This document shows, piece by piece, positions 12,764 through 25,679 of a DNA stretch of 43,194 nt. This stretch comes from Azolla caroliniana. Taxonomy: Eukaryota; Plantae; Polypodiophyta. The position numbers and the translations under genes are program-made. The DNA lies in assembly GCA_043228905.1 (NCBI GenBank), contig JBHGNT010000265.1:1-43194 (forward strand), in the 5' to 3' direction. Numbering within the stretch: position 1 is the first letter of the stretch; each line of letters starts with the position of its first letter. Under the pieces are notes generated by a model that was given only the letters and a program-made list of their open reading frames with translations, did not search any database and was not told where the DNA came from.

Positions 12764-15700
12764 CTAGAAGTGTAGGTTTTCATCTTTATCTTGGATTACA
12801 TCAATTAATCCAACTTTCTTGCAACAAAAAATGTGCTTAGAATGTTGAAGAGGTTTCACTAGAAAATCAGCCCACATTTGCTGAGTGGGAGCAAACTTTA
12901 ACTCTATCTTCTTTGTTTCAATGAGATCGTGAAGAAAATGATGTTTTAAGTCCACATGACGTATATTGTCGCTCATCTTCAGATTGTTGGCTAACTTGAT
13001 GCAAGATTGATTATTGCAAAACAAAGTCATTGTTGGAATAGTAAATAGTTTAAATTCTTCGAGCATAGCTTTAATCCATATGCTTTCCTTAGCCGCTAAA
13101 GCCGCGGCAACATATTCAGCTTCGGTGGATGACAATGCTACGGTAGTTTGTTTCTTTGACTTCCACGAAATTGCAACGCCAGCTAGTGTGTAAACATATC
13201 CACCTGTTGACTTGTGATCGTCCACATTTCCCCCCCAATCCGAGTCTGACCAACCAATTAGTTGGCTAGAGGGATTTGTCCACCCTTGCACAAGTGTGGT
13301 TGACTCAAATTTTGTGGCGGAGTAAGTCAACACATAATGTTGAGTATGCTTCAAGTATCGTAGTAATCTTTTGAGCGCGATCCAATGCTTTGGTCCTGGA
13401 TTAGCCATGAAACGAGAAAGAAAACCGGCGGCGAAGCAAATATCGGGACGTGTGCAACTTACTAGATATTTTATATACCCAAGGATTTGTTTATAGGGTA
13501 CATCCTTCATTTCGAAAATTTCTTGTTCATTTTTGGGAGAATCATCATTTGAAAGTTTACATGGAGAGGTAAGAGGAGTACTAATAGGCTTACTATGGAG
13601 CATATCAAATCTTTGGAGGATAGAATTAATATAATTTGATTGTGATAATGAGATAGTATGATTTGTTCTATTTTGTGTTATTTTGATGCCTAGAAAATGG
13701 GTCATAGGGCCTAAATCGGTGATAGGAAAGACATATGCAAGTTCCTTCTTTGCAATAGTTAGAAAAGATTTAGAGTTAGAGATCAAGGGCAAATCATCAA
13801 CATAGACACCTATGATAACAAAATTGGATTTGGCTTTTCTAACATAGATATTTGGCTCATTGTTTAGACGATGATATCCAACTTTTATAAGAAAAGAGTG
13901 TAGTTTGTGATACCATATGCGTGGAGATTGGTTAAGGCTGTAAATAGATTTACGAAGTCGACAAACATGTGTTAGATGACTTGGATCTTCAAAAAATTGT
14001 GGTTGTTGTAGATAAAGTTCTTCATCTAAATCTGCATGAAGAAAAGCCATTTGTACATCCAAGTGATGCAATTCTAGATCATATTGCGTGGCAAGAGCAA
14101 CGAGCATTCGAAAACCACATATGTTTAGTGTTGGACTAAATGTATCTTGAAAATCAATACCTGATACTTGAGAAAATCCTCGAGCAACTACACGAGCCTT
14201 GAAGCAAATTGGATTGCCATTACTATCTCGCTTTATGCGTAAGACCCATTTAGAACCAATTATTTGTCGATATTTTGGAGGCTCAACAAGGGTCCACATA
14301 CCATTTTTAAGTAAAGCCTTCATTTCTTCTTCCATAGCCTTTCTCCATTTGATAGAATCCAATCCGGAAAGTGCATCTTTGGCCGATAGAATTGTGTCAT
14401 CACTAAGGGTTGGAATATCTTCTTGTATATAAGCTTCATGGTCCAAGTCCACGAAATATGCTTCCATTTGATCAAGTTGTTCATAAATACTACTTAGAGA
14501 TCTATACTTTGGAGGTGGAGAGTTTGGTGGAGAAGTTGGTGATGACGCTTGGAATGAAGGATTAGGAGAGGGAGTGGAGAAGATAACATTATTTATATTA
14601 TTAGAGGGAGTTAAACAATGTGTATTTAAAGGAGTATGAGGAAGAGAATCATCTAGAGATTGGAATGAGGGAAGATGAGAAGAAGAATTAGTTGGTTGAG
14701 TAGGATTAATCTTTGCCTTGTGAATAGATGGAAGAGCAACACAAATAGTGGAAGTAGAGGATGAGCTAATGTTGGCTCCTTCAATATGAGAGCTATTAAT
14801 ATTAGAGATGGTTGAGGAAGATGGTTGTAAGTGGGTAGGGGTACATAATAAGGGAGGTAGATTAGAAGAGAGTGAAGAAGAAACCTTTGTAGAAGGCCCA
14901 TTTTTTTGGAATATCACATTACGACTAAAGAATATTCTTCGTTTTTGTGGATCGTAGAGCTTGTACACCTTGTATCGCGAAGCTTTTCCATATCCAATGA
15001 AAATTGATTTTGTAGCCCTTGGATCTAGCTTATTTCTTTGAACATTTGGCACAAAAGCATAAGCATCACAACCAAAAATACGAAGGTTACTTAAGTTAGG
15101 TTTGTGACCATGCCATAGTTCATAAGGGGTTTGGAGCCCCAAAGATCTATGAAATCCTCGATTTTGAATATAGCAAGCGATGCCAACCGCTTCCTCCCAA
15201 AATTGAGGCGATAAGTGAGCAAATTGTAACATATTTCGAGCCATATTGAGAAATGATCTATTCTTCCTTTTGAATACACCATTTTGTTGTGGTGTGTGTG
15301 ATGTTGATATTCTATGATGTATGCCTTCATTTTGATATAAACTTTGAAATTCATGAGACATATACTCACCACCACCATCAGTTTGAAGACTTTTAATCTT
15401 TGATGATGTTTGCACTTCGACTCGAGCCTTGTATTCTTTGAATGCTTGATAAGCTTGACTTTTGTACTTGAGAAAATGCAAGATTGTAAATCGACTAATG
15501 AAATATTTGGCTCCATTAAGAGAAGGGGTTGGAAAAGGTCCACATAGATCACTATGTACTAATGCAAGAGGGGTAGTGGCTCTAGATCTATGTTTTGGGA
15601 ATGGTTGTTGGGGCATTTTCCCAAGGATACAACTTTCACACAAAGAGATGAGCTTGAAAGGTTCATTTGGCAAACCATGGACTAGATTATTACATTGTAG

Positions 15701-15856
15701 TGTTTTTAGAGCATTGAAATGCATATGACCTAGACGAAAGTGCCAAAGAGAAGAAGGAGAATGAAGGTTGGTTAAAGATATGGAGGATTGTATTGGGTAG
15801 TATGATGTGCTTCTAAAATAAGAGATGTAGGAATACATTTTATGGGATATAAGCAT
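12764..15856 (-). CDS. copia pol: GAG-pre-integrase, integrase, RT, RNase H (1030 aa)
   Basis: LWHFRLGH, LVHSDLCGP, LQTDGGGEY, TPQQNGV, FKARVVARGFSQ, GVYVDDL, SDSDWGG, VALSSTEAEY. Confidence 0.95.
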   Translation of the reverse strand: MLISHKMYSYISYFRSTSYYPIQSSISLTNLHSPSSLWHFRLGHMHFNALKTLQCNNLVHGLPNEPFKLISLCESCILGKMPQQPFPKHRSRATTPLALVHSDLCGPFPTPSLNGAKYFISRFTILHFLKYKSQAYQAFKEYKARVEVQTSSKIKSLQTDGGGEYMSHEFQSLYQNEGIHHRISTSHTPQQNGVFKRKNRSFLNMARNMLQFAHLSPQFWEEAVGIACYIQNRGFHRSLGLQTPYELWHGHKPNLSNLRIFGCDAYAFVPNVQRNKLDPRATKSIFIGYGKASRYKVYKLYDPQKRRIFFSRNVIFQKNGPSTKVSSSLSSNLPPLLCTPTHLQPSSSTISNINSSHIEGANISSSSTSTICVALPSIHKAKINPTQPTNSSSHLPSFQSLDDSLPHTPLNTHCLTPSNNINNVIFSTPSPNPSFQASSPTSPPNSPPPKYRSLSSIYEQLDQMEAYFVDLDHEAYIQEDIPTLSDDTILSAKDALSGLDSIKWRKAMEEEMKALLKNGMWTLVEPPKYRQIIGSKWVLRIKRDSNGNPICFKARVVARGFSQVSGIDFQDTFSPTLNICGFRMLVALATQYDLELHHLDVQMAFLHADLDEELYLQQPQFFEDPSHLTHVCRLRKSIYSLNQSPRIWYHKLHSFLIKVGYHRLNNEPNIYVRKAKSNFVIIGVYVDDLPLISNSKSFLTIAKKELAYVFPITDLGPMTHFLGIKITQNRTNHTISLSQSNYINSILQRFDMLHSKPISTPLTSPCKLSNDDSPKNEQEIFEMKDVPYKQILGYIKYLVSCTRPDICFAAGFLSRFMANPGPKHWIALKRLLRYLKHTQHYVLTYSATKFESTTLVQGWTNPSSQLIGWSDSDWGGNVDDHKSTGGYVYTLAGVAISWKSKKQTTVALSSTEAEYVAAALAAKESIWIKAMLEEFKLFTIPTMTLFCNNQSCIKLANNLKMSDNIRHVDLKHHFLHDLIETKKIELKFAPTQQMWADFLVKPLQHSKHIFCCKKVGLIDVIQDKDENLHF

Positions 15857-16239
15857 CCTCGTTTACAACATGTTCTAATAAGTTCTCCATATGAGGCTTT
15901 TTGTTTAATAATTGCATGGTTAGGATGAAATTCAGTGATAGTACCATTTGACGTTGCTTGACTAACCGATAGCAAATGTTTGGTGATGCCCAAGACATAG
16001 AGAACTTCATTGATTGTGAAATGTCTTCCTCCTGTGACTTCAAAAGTAATATCACCCTTGCCAATAGCTTGTTTAGTCCCATTATTTCCAAATCTTACAA
16101 TGATAGGAGGTTCAACATCCTTATAGTTACATAACCAATCTTTTCTATTAGTTAAGTGGTTAGTAGCACTAGTGTCGAGATACCATATGTCATTTACATT
16201 ACTTGGGTTTGGAATTGTGTGAAAGATTGCTTGCGGAAG
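15830..16239 (-). pseudogene. copia aspartic protease region, frameshifted relative to pol
   Basis: WYLDTSATNHLT...VLYVLGITKHLLSVSQ. Confidence 0.88.
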
Positions 16240-16639
16240 TGTTAGAAAGAACAATACACAGAGAGAGAGAGAGTACGCGGGAGAGACAGAGAGTGAGAGA
16301 GCAAAACACACTATTTTTCAAAATTATATGAATACTCTCTGCTCTGTATCTACAACGCGCTCATCAACGCTATTTATACAAGTCCACACGGGACTGTTAG
16401 AAGTACGGTGTACTTCAATGCTCACACGAGCATCTGACACTAACTACGAGACTATAACTGCCTAGTAGTCTAACCTATACTAGGCTTTTGGTTACGGATT
16501 GGATCCGGCATACCGGCTCCCCAGCTCACTGGTCCTTACTGCTTACCGGCTCGGTTGCGCACCGGCATACTGATTCATCTCGATTACCGGCTCAGGCTTA
16601 TTCAGCCGATCCGGCTCCGGTTGAGCTTGCCGCTCAACA
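16240..16639 (-). repeat. solo LTR nested between gag and protease
   Basis: Minus strand begins TGTTGAGCGGCAAGCTCAA, like the LTR at 22539, and ends CTAACA. Confidence 0.75.
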
Positions 16640-16672
16640 AATCATCGCGGAAAGTGATTTGGCAATGAATTC

Positions 16673-17666
16673 TTAAAGGACTTCGTGATACTTGTCACCA
16701 TTTTGATATCCATCTCCTATGACCTTTTCATCATCCATCTCTTCTTCAACAAGATGGGCGTGTACACGCTTCCATGGTTGATAACTCTTGAAATTTGACT
16801 TTGTGCGACAATCTTTGGTTGCATGATTTGTACGTTTGCATATTTTACGATAGGTATTGTTGAACCACATTCCTCCTTGTTTTGTGTTTTGATCTTTCTT
16901 TATCCACGACTTTGAGCTTTCTCCTCTTTGGGTGAACCTTTTGTTCTTGTATGCTACCATTGCCACACTGGTTGCATGATTTGTACGTTTGCATATTTTA
17001 CAATAGGTATTGTTGAACCACATTCCTCCTTGTTTTGTGTTTTGATCTTTCTTTATCCATGTTCGAGCTTTCTCCTCTTTGGGTGAACCTTTTGTTTTTG
17101 TATGCTACCATTGCCACACTTGGAGTTGAATTTGAAGACCTTTGTGAACGCATTGTTTCCTCCTGACATCTAATGTTTGCAAGAAGATCAATTAGCGTTG
17201 GACAATTTATAGAGTTTTGGGTGGTTCTAAAAGTGGACCACGAGTGACGAAGAGCACCAAGAAGGAGAATCTTTTGTAATTTATCATGGATTTCTAATCC
17301 AGAAGTTAACACATCATCTAATTTCTTTTGCCATATCAATAGAAATTCACCAACCGGTTGTTCGTAGATAGTTTGTAAGTGCTTCCACATTTCTTGAGCC
17401 GTCTCCATTTTTCGCAATATTTCTCTAGTGCCATCACTTACGTCCATTAGAATTTCCATTCTTGCACACAAGTCTTTTTCTTCAAATTCTTCAAGTTCTT
17501 CGCCTTTTTTAGGTTTTGTTGACGATCCTGAAATTATGTCCCATACTTTATTATATTTAAAAAGTAATTCTAATCTTTCCTTCCAAATTCGATAATTTGT
17601 GTCCGATAATTTCTCGATCATGAATTTTCGCATGTTGAGTTGCGACGACGACATAGATTGTGCCAT
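16673..17666 (-). pseudogene. copia gag with ~120-bp internal duplication of the zinc-knuckle region and a frameshift
   Basis: IEKLSDTNYRIWKER..., then CKICKRTNHAT and RKICKRTNHATKDC duplicated. Confidence 0.88.
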
Positions 17667-17869
17667 TATTGAAGAGGGCTGTCCAGATCAGTGCACGACA
17701 AACACAAAATTTGTCTTTCGTTACTTGACGATCTTGGACACTATGAATATGATTATTTTTGTATGGGCATGAAAGTTAATTTATGATAAGGGCATATCTT
17801 TTGTGATTTAAGAAAGGCATAGACTATAAGGCTATTAGGTCGTTTGGCTCTAATACCTGTTGGGAAAGA

Positions 17870-17938
<69 letters not shown>

Positions 17939-18117
17939 GGGAAACCGAAAACGTATTGTATTATTACAATTCCCTAATAGTTACAACGTTGGTGGTGGCT
18001 TTATAAGACCACCACCAATATAGTTACGGTTTCCTTCTCATGAAGGAAACTGTATTCATAAGAACTATTAACCATTAATATATATTAATTTATTAATTTT
18101 TGCTTAATATTTTCCAC

Positions 18118-18500
18118 AGATGAAGATGGAGATGGAGATAGATGCAGATGCAAGTACATATCAAGATGAAGAAGAAAAAAAAAGATAGAGAAAGTAGAAG
18201 AAAAGAGAAATTAAAACAAGAGGGCATCGGGGACAAAATTTCAATAAGTCGAAGGCAGGCAATCAAATTTCCAAAGATCGAGGGTAACCAAGAGAATATA
18301 AAAAACATGAGGGTAATTTATGGAAATTTTAAAACAGAAGGGCATCTACATAATTTCAAAAACTCAAGGGCAATTATTGAATTTCAAAAACAGAAGGGCA
18401 TTAACAAGAATTTCAAAAACATGAGGGCAGATACTAAAATTTTAAAAAAAGCGAGGACAACCACAAAATTTTGTAAACTCACAACTCACATTAAAATAAC
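18118..18500 (+). repeat. right copy of ~385-bp direct repeat flanking copia element 2
   Basis: Aligns to 12116-12500. Confidence 0.9.
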
Positions 18501-18949
18501 CAAAAACACATACACATACACACAACATCATTGTAAGACAAAAAAAGAGAGTACCGAAGTTTCTATGTTCGTGGATGTTTTGACCGAACAAGAGGTTCTT
18601 GTCGTTGAGTTTGTGTTTGTGTTACGCATGTTCCAGTCGATGGAGTTCCAACCAACGCAATAGGAGAAGACTGCGGGAGTTCCGGTCCAAGGACTGATGT
18701 TCGGTTAATCACTATAAGCAACTCGGTCCCTTTCTGACTTCTTGGTCCAAGACCCTCGTGGTCCCGCTTCATCCGACACGTACACGTGAACATCCGGGAT
18801 ACCTTTAGGGAACCCGACGTTAAAAGGGTGGCAACATAGTCGAGATGAAGGGAAGCGAGCTCGTGGAAGCAATGGCGGTGGTTGTTGACCACTTAGTGAA
18901 TGTTCGGGAGAGCGCGAGTGGCCTCGACAGGGCCATAAATACGATAATT

Positions 18950-20918
18950 GGCATGACGGACCGATTCAACGGTATGTCCCCACCTACTTGGAGGCCAATA
19001 AGGTCGAAATGTTAATGCGGGACATACCAGAGGACAAACGACTATCTAGATTCCAACGAGTTGTCACACCGAGCATCCATGAAGAGGTGCTCAAGTTCTG
19101 GCCAATTGTCGGAACTGGTTGGAGCTCGTGGGGCGACTCCTCAAGAAGTACAACATCGATGACTCGCTCCAAATGTCGAAACGGGAGCTTATGGAATGGG
19201 TTGAATCACCCGGCAAAGGGCGGAACACATCGACGCTCCTCCAGGAGTTTGAGAAACAATACACACGACTCTTGGTGTTGGACTGGATCATTCTAGACAC
19301 AAGCAAGGTCCTGTTATTCATCAAGTCGGTTGATCCTCTTGACCCGGAGAAAGTTGGTGTCCTGTTGGAAATGAACGAGGGGCTTATGACTAATTGGGCC
19401 ATCATGAAGAGAGTGTGCAACCGTTTTGACAAATGGCGTGAATGGAACGACACAGAGTCGTCATTGGCCGGCCCGACTACCGAGAGGATGACAGGAGAAA
19501 TGCCGACTTGGTTGGACAAGCCGATTCAAAGGTTCGAGTTGGGCCCAACACTAACTAACATTGTCGAAAACTCGTTAGGGGGGCACAACACTAGAGGAAC
19601 TAACGAAGATTATTCGTGATCTCCATATTGCTTAGGCCTGGAGAGAAGGCGGAGGACAATCGCATGACGAGCGCCGCCAAATGACCCAAGGTGCATGTGG
19701 TGCGATGGTGTCGGACACATTCGGAGGGACTGCGCCGACTGCGCCGAGGCGCCGAGGAACAATGTCATGTACCTTTGGAACAGACGGGTACATGTGAATG
19801 AGACCTGAATGTCCCTAGAGATGAACACCGGTGGAGGGGGAATGAAAAGATTGATGGAGGAGGTTGTGGCGTGACATGCCGAAGCCATTCACTACTCGGC
19901 GTCGGTCGGCATCCGGGTCGGGGGTGAGAATAGCATCAGCTCAAGAGGTGATGCCGGTTTTGGTCGATAGTGCTCGAAGGCTTCTCCGGGAAGAAGCTAA
20001 AGAAGGAGGAGGCGGATTGCGCGAAGAGGCGGATGGGATGATCCGGTAGAAGTGAAGACTGGTTTCGTGGAAGCCGCATGCCAGAACTTCGAAATCCTAG
20101 TGGAGGACTAGCGGGTTGGACAGACCGAAGGGGCCAATCCTTTGAATCAGTACGAGACCCGAAACGAGAAAAAGAAGAATAATGTAGATTCGGCTGACCG
20201 ACAAGAGAAAGAGAAGATGAAGTTTCCGAGCTTCCGACTGGCATTGGAGATAGAGAAATCGACGGACTTTCAAAAGGTCTTGGAGGAGCGAATCCTCAAT
20301 AGTCGGGTGGAACTCTCATTGTGGGAGGTTTTGGGCATAGCGATGAAAGAGTTCCACGACACCATCATAGACTTGGTAAAGAGGAAGTGGCTCTTGACAG
20401 AGCCAAAGATAGAGAAGACGGTCGAGGTTAAGGCGGCGCACATCGACGAGGTGGTGACAGAGGAAGATTATACCGAAAGCCACTACATGCGGCCGCACTA
20501 GGCAAGAGCAATAATGGAGACTCCAATTCAAATCAGAGATGTGAAGGAGCTGGTTGTAGCGCTAATCGACCAAGGATTAGAGATCAACTTAATGTCCATG
20601 GACTTCTATAGAAAGGTAAAGTGGCCGATCAACACGAAGCATGGGTGGAAGATACGTGCGGCGACCCACGCTACAAAGGAACTTCACAGTGCATGCCCGA
20701 ATGTTAGCGTGAAGGTTATGGATGTCAAGATCGACCGACACTTCTTTGTTCAGGTGTCGTCCTCCCACCCGGTCATACTCAATGAACCATACATCACGAC
20801 GGCTCATATGGAGACAAAGGTGTTGGACAACGGTTCAACATACGTGCGGGTGATCCTATTTTTGATGGTTCCACCGAAGCATGAGAGGAATCGGGACTCT
20901 TTCGGTGGCAAAGGCTGA
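18950..20918 (+). pseudogene. degenerate Ty3/gypsy-type gag, zinc knuckle and protease
   Basis: KVLLFIKSVD, CMWCDGVGHIRRDC, ALIDQGLEINLM. Gag is homologous to 23947-24560, and there is a PBS-like GGGAACCCGACGT at ~18808. Confidence 0.8.
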
Positions 20919-21079
20919 GAGGATTTTTAAAGAGGGCTATCAAGGCGTGGGGCGACGATAGTCCTAAACTTGTGCTATAGGTGGGAAATTTTGGTTCTCC
21001 GACAACAAAGGGTGTACAGTAATCAACATCGGTGGCCAGGAGAAACGATAGGTCGAGGGGTGCTTGAGGGCTTGTGGAG

Positions 21080-21965
21080 CCATGGGCCGAGTAAAGTCCA
21101 AGTTGTTGAACGCATTCGAGATGAAGGACTTGGGGGTCCTTCACTACTTCCTTGAGATCGACAGGATCCACACCCCTGATGGCATATTGTCATCCCAACG
21201 ACAATATGTTGTACAAATTCAGCATGATGGATTGCCGATCCATCTCCACTCCTCTTGACAGGAACCTGATGCTATGTCCCGACACGGGAGCAGCCTACGA
21301 TGAGAAATGGTTTCGAAAAATGGTTAGGAGCCTCATATATCTAACGATCACCCGACCCAACCTAAGTTATTTGGTCGGTGTGATAAGTCAATTCATGTAG
21401 TAACAGATTGTCGAGCATCTTCAGTGCGTGACTCAAATATTGAGATACATGAGCGGCATGAACGATTGAGGACTTTTGTACCGCAATGGTATAACCGAAC
21501 AACTAGTCGACTATACTGATGCCGACTAGGACGGAGATGCGACAGATCGACAGTCAACATCAGGTTTCATGTTTTCTCTTGGGAGCGCGGTTGTAGCCTA
21601 GAGTAGCAAGAAGCAACCGACATTGGCCTTATCAAGCACCAAAGCTGAGTATAGAGGCACCACCATTGCAACTTGTGAGGCTATATGGCTTTGGTGGCTA
21701 CTGCAGGACTTACAGGTCGAAGTTCCCACTTTGATTTTGATCTACTGCGACAACATCAATAGCATGCAACTGGCCATGAACCCCACGTTCCATGCTCGCA
21801 CAAAGCACATAGAAGTGCATTATCACTTTGTGCACGAGCGGGCTCTAAGCGGTGAAGTCGAACTTGGGTATGTTCAAACCGATCCGTAGGTCACCGACAT
21901 CTTCACCAAGGGGCTCGGATCGGACAAGTTGCAACACTTTTCGGAGATGCTTGGGTTATAGCATC
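21080..21965 (+). pseudogene. copia RT C-terminus and RNase H fragment
   Basis: FEMKDLGVLHYFL, LIYLTITRPNLSY, ALSSTKAEY, FHARTKHIEVHYHF. Confidence 0.9.
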
Positions 21966-22538
21966 TCGACGTGCCGTACTTGAGGGAGAGAACAGGTGGA
22001 ACAACAACGGGAGAGCAACAAGAGGAAGCCAAAGAAAATCTTGAATTGACTGAAGAACTTGACACATCCGGAAGAGTTTGAATAGGTGGCAAAGGAGGTA
22101 GAGTCAAGAAGGACAGAGCCGACCAAAGGAAAAAGGTCAGGACCAAGACTTGGTCGGAAGTGGTCAAGGGCCTGAAGAAGGAGGATGAATTGGAGATAGC
22201 CAATAGAGACAAAAGAGGGAACGAATCGGAGACAACTGATTTGGTTGAGCAGTTCGATTCGGATGAGCCGAATCACACAAAGGCCGAGAGGACGAGAGAG
22301 CAGCCGAAGACGACACCAAAACGAAGGAGTAGACGAGTTGAGGAGCCGCCATGCCGTGACAGTGCAAGAGTTGAGAAGGGCCCGATGAGAAGACAAGCCG
22401 ACCGAGGATGTCGAGGTGCGCAGAACCGGACAAGTCAAGGAGTGCGAGCAAGGCGTGATGATGCCAGGAGGAGCCAGAGACAAGGAACGACGAATGCTGA
22501 CACGATAGACCGACCTCAAGTTGAGCTTGAGGGGGAAT

Positions 22539-22981
22539 GTTGAGCGAGCAAGCTCAATGTGGGCCGGATTGGCAGGGCAAGCCGAGAGTCGGATCGAGTG
22601 AAGACCGATCGACTAGGCCTGGATCAAATCGGGTGTCGAATCTGTGAGCAGATCCGTGCAGAGCGGGTAGGCCGTTAGAGGCCTACGATCCTAGATTAGT
22701 AGAAAGTTATATTCCTAGGAGTTAGTGTTAGTAGCTCAGTTATGAGCATTGAAGTACTTGTCAGTACTTCAGACCATCCTTTATGGATATGTATAAAAGT
22801 GATCAATGAGCACATTTGTATGTACAGAGTGTTATTTTGAAATCAAGTTTCTGTGTTCTGCTCTCTCTGTCTCTGTCTCTCCTGAGTTCTTTGTGTGTTC
22901 TCCATTGTTCTCTGAGTATTCTATTGTTGTCCGATTCAGCTGGTTGTGAATGTCTTTAGCCTCCGCACACTAATCTTCACA
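22539..22981 (+). repeat. 3' LTR of copia fragment
   Basis: PPT GAGGGGGAA, then TGTTGAG...CTTCACA with internal TATAAAA. Confidence 0.75.
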
Positions 22982-23913
22982 CTTGGTCATTGGAGGAGAG
23001 AACATATTACATTGGTAGTGCGGGCTAGGCTGTTGTCTTAGACACTGGTGGTGCGGGCTAGGCTTTTGTTTCGACGATCGTGTTATCTCTTCCAAGGTAT
23101 TAATCATCCTAATATCCGGCGGTATGGGACATCAGTGGTAGGTTGGCTATGTCTAGATCATAGCTTGGGAGTGGTCGGGTGGAACGGTGTCGCGGTCTTT
23201 CGCGGATACGTTGTCGTGGAGAAAACCATCCCTAGGCGGAATCGGAGAATGTTGGAAGAATCGGCGGAGTGCACCATGTGCACTTACCCTTGTATAAACG
23301 CGTGAATAATAGGAGTCAAGTCGGGACAGAGAATCCCATGTAAGTCGGGATTTATCCCACATTGTAACGCATCCCTCTCCTTGTTCTATAAAAGGAAGGG
23401 AGCGCCCTTTGTAACGGGGTTGCCCATTTTGATTGGTAAGGGTATACCATTTTGTGTTTTCCTTTCTAGGGTTAGCTTCTCTTCTTCTGAGCGTAGCCGG
23501 CTCGCGGCCGTGGTAGTATCTTTCCCCCTTTGTAGGTTTACTTCGGCTCGGCCTCCTGTGCAAGACCCCACTCGGCGCGACAAGCCCAAGAGCTCCTTGA
23601 CGACGGCTTGGTGGTAGGCAGTTGTTGCGACCTAGCTTACCTTAGTCCGGTTCGGGGCCGGAGTTGTAACTCTTCCATGTTCGGTTGTGCACATGCGCGT
23701 CTCTGGTAGTGTCGGGTGTTTCCACCCTTTTTGTTTCCTGTGCATAAGAGTCGGTGTAGCGCGCGTGTTCTCTCTCTCTCTCTCTCTCTCTCCTGTGTTC
23801 GGTTGCTTCTAGGACGTGTCTGGAATAGTCTTCTCAGCATCCCTTCCTCTCTCGTCGGAGACCCCCGTGGTGCCACCCCTTCTACACGCACACACGTAAT
23901 AACGTGACATATT

Positions 23914-23931
23914 TGGTGAACCCAACGTGAA
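23914..23931 (+). promoter_or_regulatory. primer binding site complementary to tRNA-Trp 3' end
   Basis: TGGTGAACCCAACGTGAA versus recalled plant tRNA-Trp complement TGGTGAACCCGACGTGAA. Confidence 0.75.
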
Positions 23932-23946
23932 GGGCGGCAAGGGAGA

Positions 23947-24560
23947 ATGGAGTTGGAAGAAGACGACTTCGTGCAACATTTTGTCGAAGCGGTGAGGGAG
24001 TTTGGACGAGCAACAACGAGACGAGAGTCGGCGCAGCAAGTGGTTGAGCGAGTGGTCGAAAGAGTCGCTCGTTTCAATGGGGACAAGGTCCCATTTTACT
24101 TGGAAGCCTACAACGCGGAAATGGAGGAGCGAGATGTAGCCGAGGCGTTGAGGCTGGAGTTCTTCTGTCGGGTCGTCGTCATCTGTAAGCACGCAGAAGT
24201 GAAGGTGCTCCGAGAAGCTCATAGTTCATGGGAGGCCTTCAAAGAGGCGCTCCTGCAGGCGAATGGGGGACGGCGGAAGAGCCGGGGACGACGCGACTTC
24301 GACCAGTGGGTAGCATCGGCAAAGACCCACCGGGGCGCAACGAAGGCATTCCGAGAGTTCGAGCGACGACTTGCTCGGCTCCTGGAGTAGGAACATGGTT
24401 TGGTAGGGGCGGACAAGGTCTGGTGGGGGCGGACAAGGTCCTGTTGTTCGTTAAGTCGATCGACCGAGCGGAATGAGAGGCCATCGGGATTGAGCTCGAA
24501 GACGAGGACGGAGCGAATGGCCTCACCGAGGACTGGTCGAAGGTCGGAAGGGTATGCCAA
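23947..24560 (+). pseudogene. gag-like ORF, interrupted
   Basis: RFNGDKVPFYLEAYNAEM..., ADKVLLFVKSID. Starts just after the PBS, with a stop at 24390. Confidence 0.75.
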
Positions 24561-25679
24561 CGGCTAGATGACGAGCGAGCGACGACGTGCCATCACAACG
24601 GGAAGAGGTCGAACGGCAAAGACAGTCGTCAAGGCCCGGCTTCGCGGCCAGGATTGCGGAGGCATCCGCAGCCCTCGAGGCGATGCTCGAGGATGAAGAA
24701 AGAACAAGGTTGCAAGCCAACGCCGAGGAGACGAGCTTGCCCCACGAGACGGTAGAAGACCGGTATGACGGTACCACGGGAGAGGGTGCGAAACAAAATG
24801 TCCTCTCGACATGCGAAGATAGAACGGCCGAGGACGGGGCCGAGATACTGATCGCGGGATCGGAACGTTGGGACCGGCGGTTTCGGGCATGTCAGCCCGA
24901 AACTCCGGACATTGTAGAAGCAAGCCCAGGTGGGGCTTGCGCGATCGGTAAGGAGTCGACCACCGGCCACAAGGAGCTGGTGGCTACAGACAAGGGCGTA
25001 AAACGGAAGGGGGGTTCTTCGCGTCTTTGCACACTTGCTCCCGAGACGATGGCAGTCAGGCCCCATTGCCCACGTGAGTCCCTGGAGGAGGAAGGCGGCG
25101 GCCTAAGACCGAGAATCGCTGGCGAGACGATTCAAGGAAGGAGCGGAAAAAGAGCCCTCGGGACCGATTCCGGAGAACTCGGCATTCAGGCCCTTACGCC
25201 GATGTGAGATCGAGGAGATGGATGACGGTATCAAGGAGTCCTGGCACGATGCCAGCGAAGTTGGATGGGAGACGGCCTGCGACAAGGTCGACGAAAGGAC
25301 CATGAAACGATCCGACCGGGGACCGACCCGCACGACACTCCGATTCGGGTGGGGCGCAATCCGGTCATGGATTATTCGTCGGGGGCCAGAATCGGCATGA
25401 AGGTGCCGATATGGGAGCGGGTGCGGAACGAGCCGCCCTCTCTTACTTGGGGGAGAAAGACCGATCGGGTGAAGGTTGGGAATCAGGAAGAAGATGATCA
25501 AGGGTGTGGAACGAGTCTAGCAAGATCGACATCGGAGCCGAGACTCCGGACATTGGAGAATCAAGCCCAGACGGGGCTTGATCGATCATAGAGCAGATGC
25601 TTTCCACCGACACCACTAAAAGGGTCGGTTGCCCGAATGAGTCGTCGGGAGTCGTTACGAAATTGGTGTCCCCACATCC

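Larger units (their letters stand above)
12503..18117 (-). mobile_element. Ty1/copia element 2, near full length
   Basis: LTRs ~12503-12742 and 17858-18117 containing (GA)n, PBS GGTATTAGAGCC (17846-17857), PPT (12743-12752), gag and pol ORFs. Confidence 0.95.
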
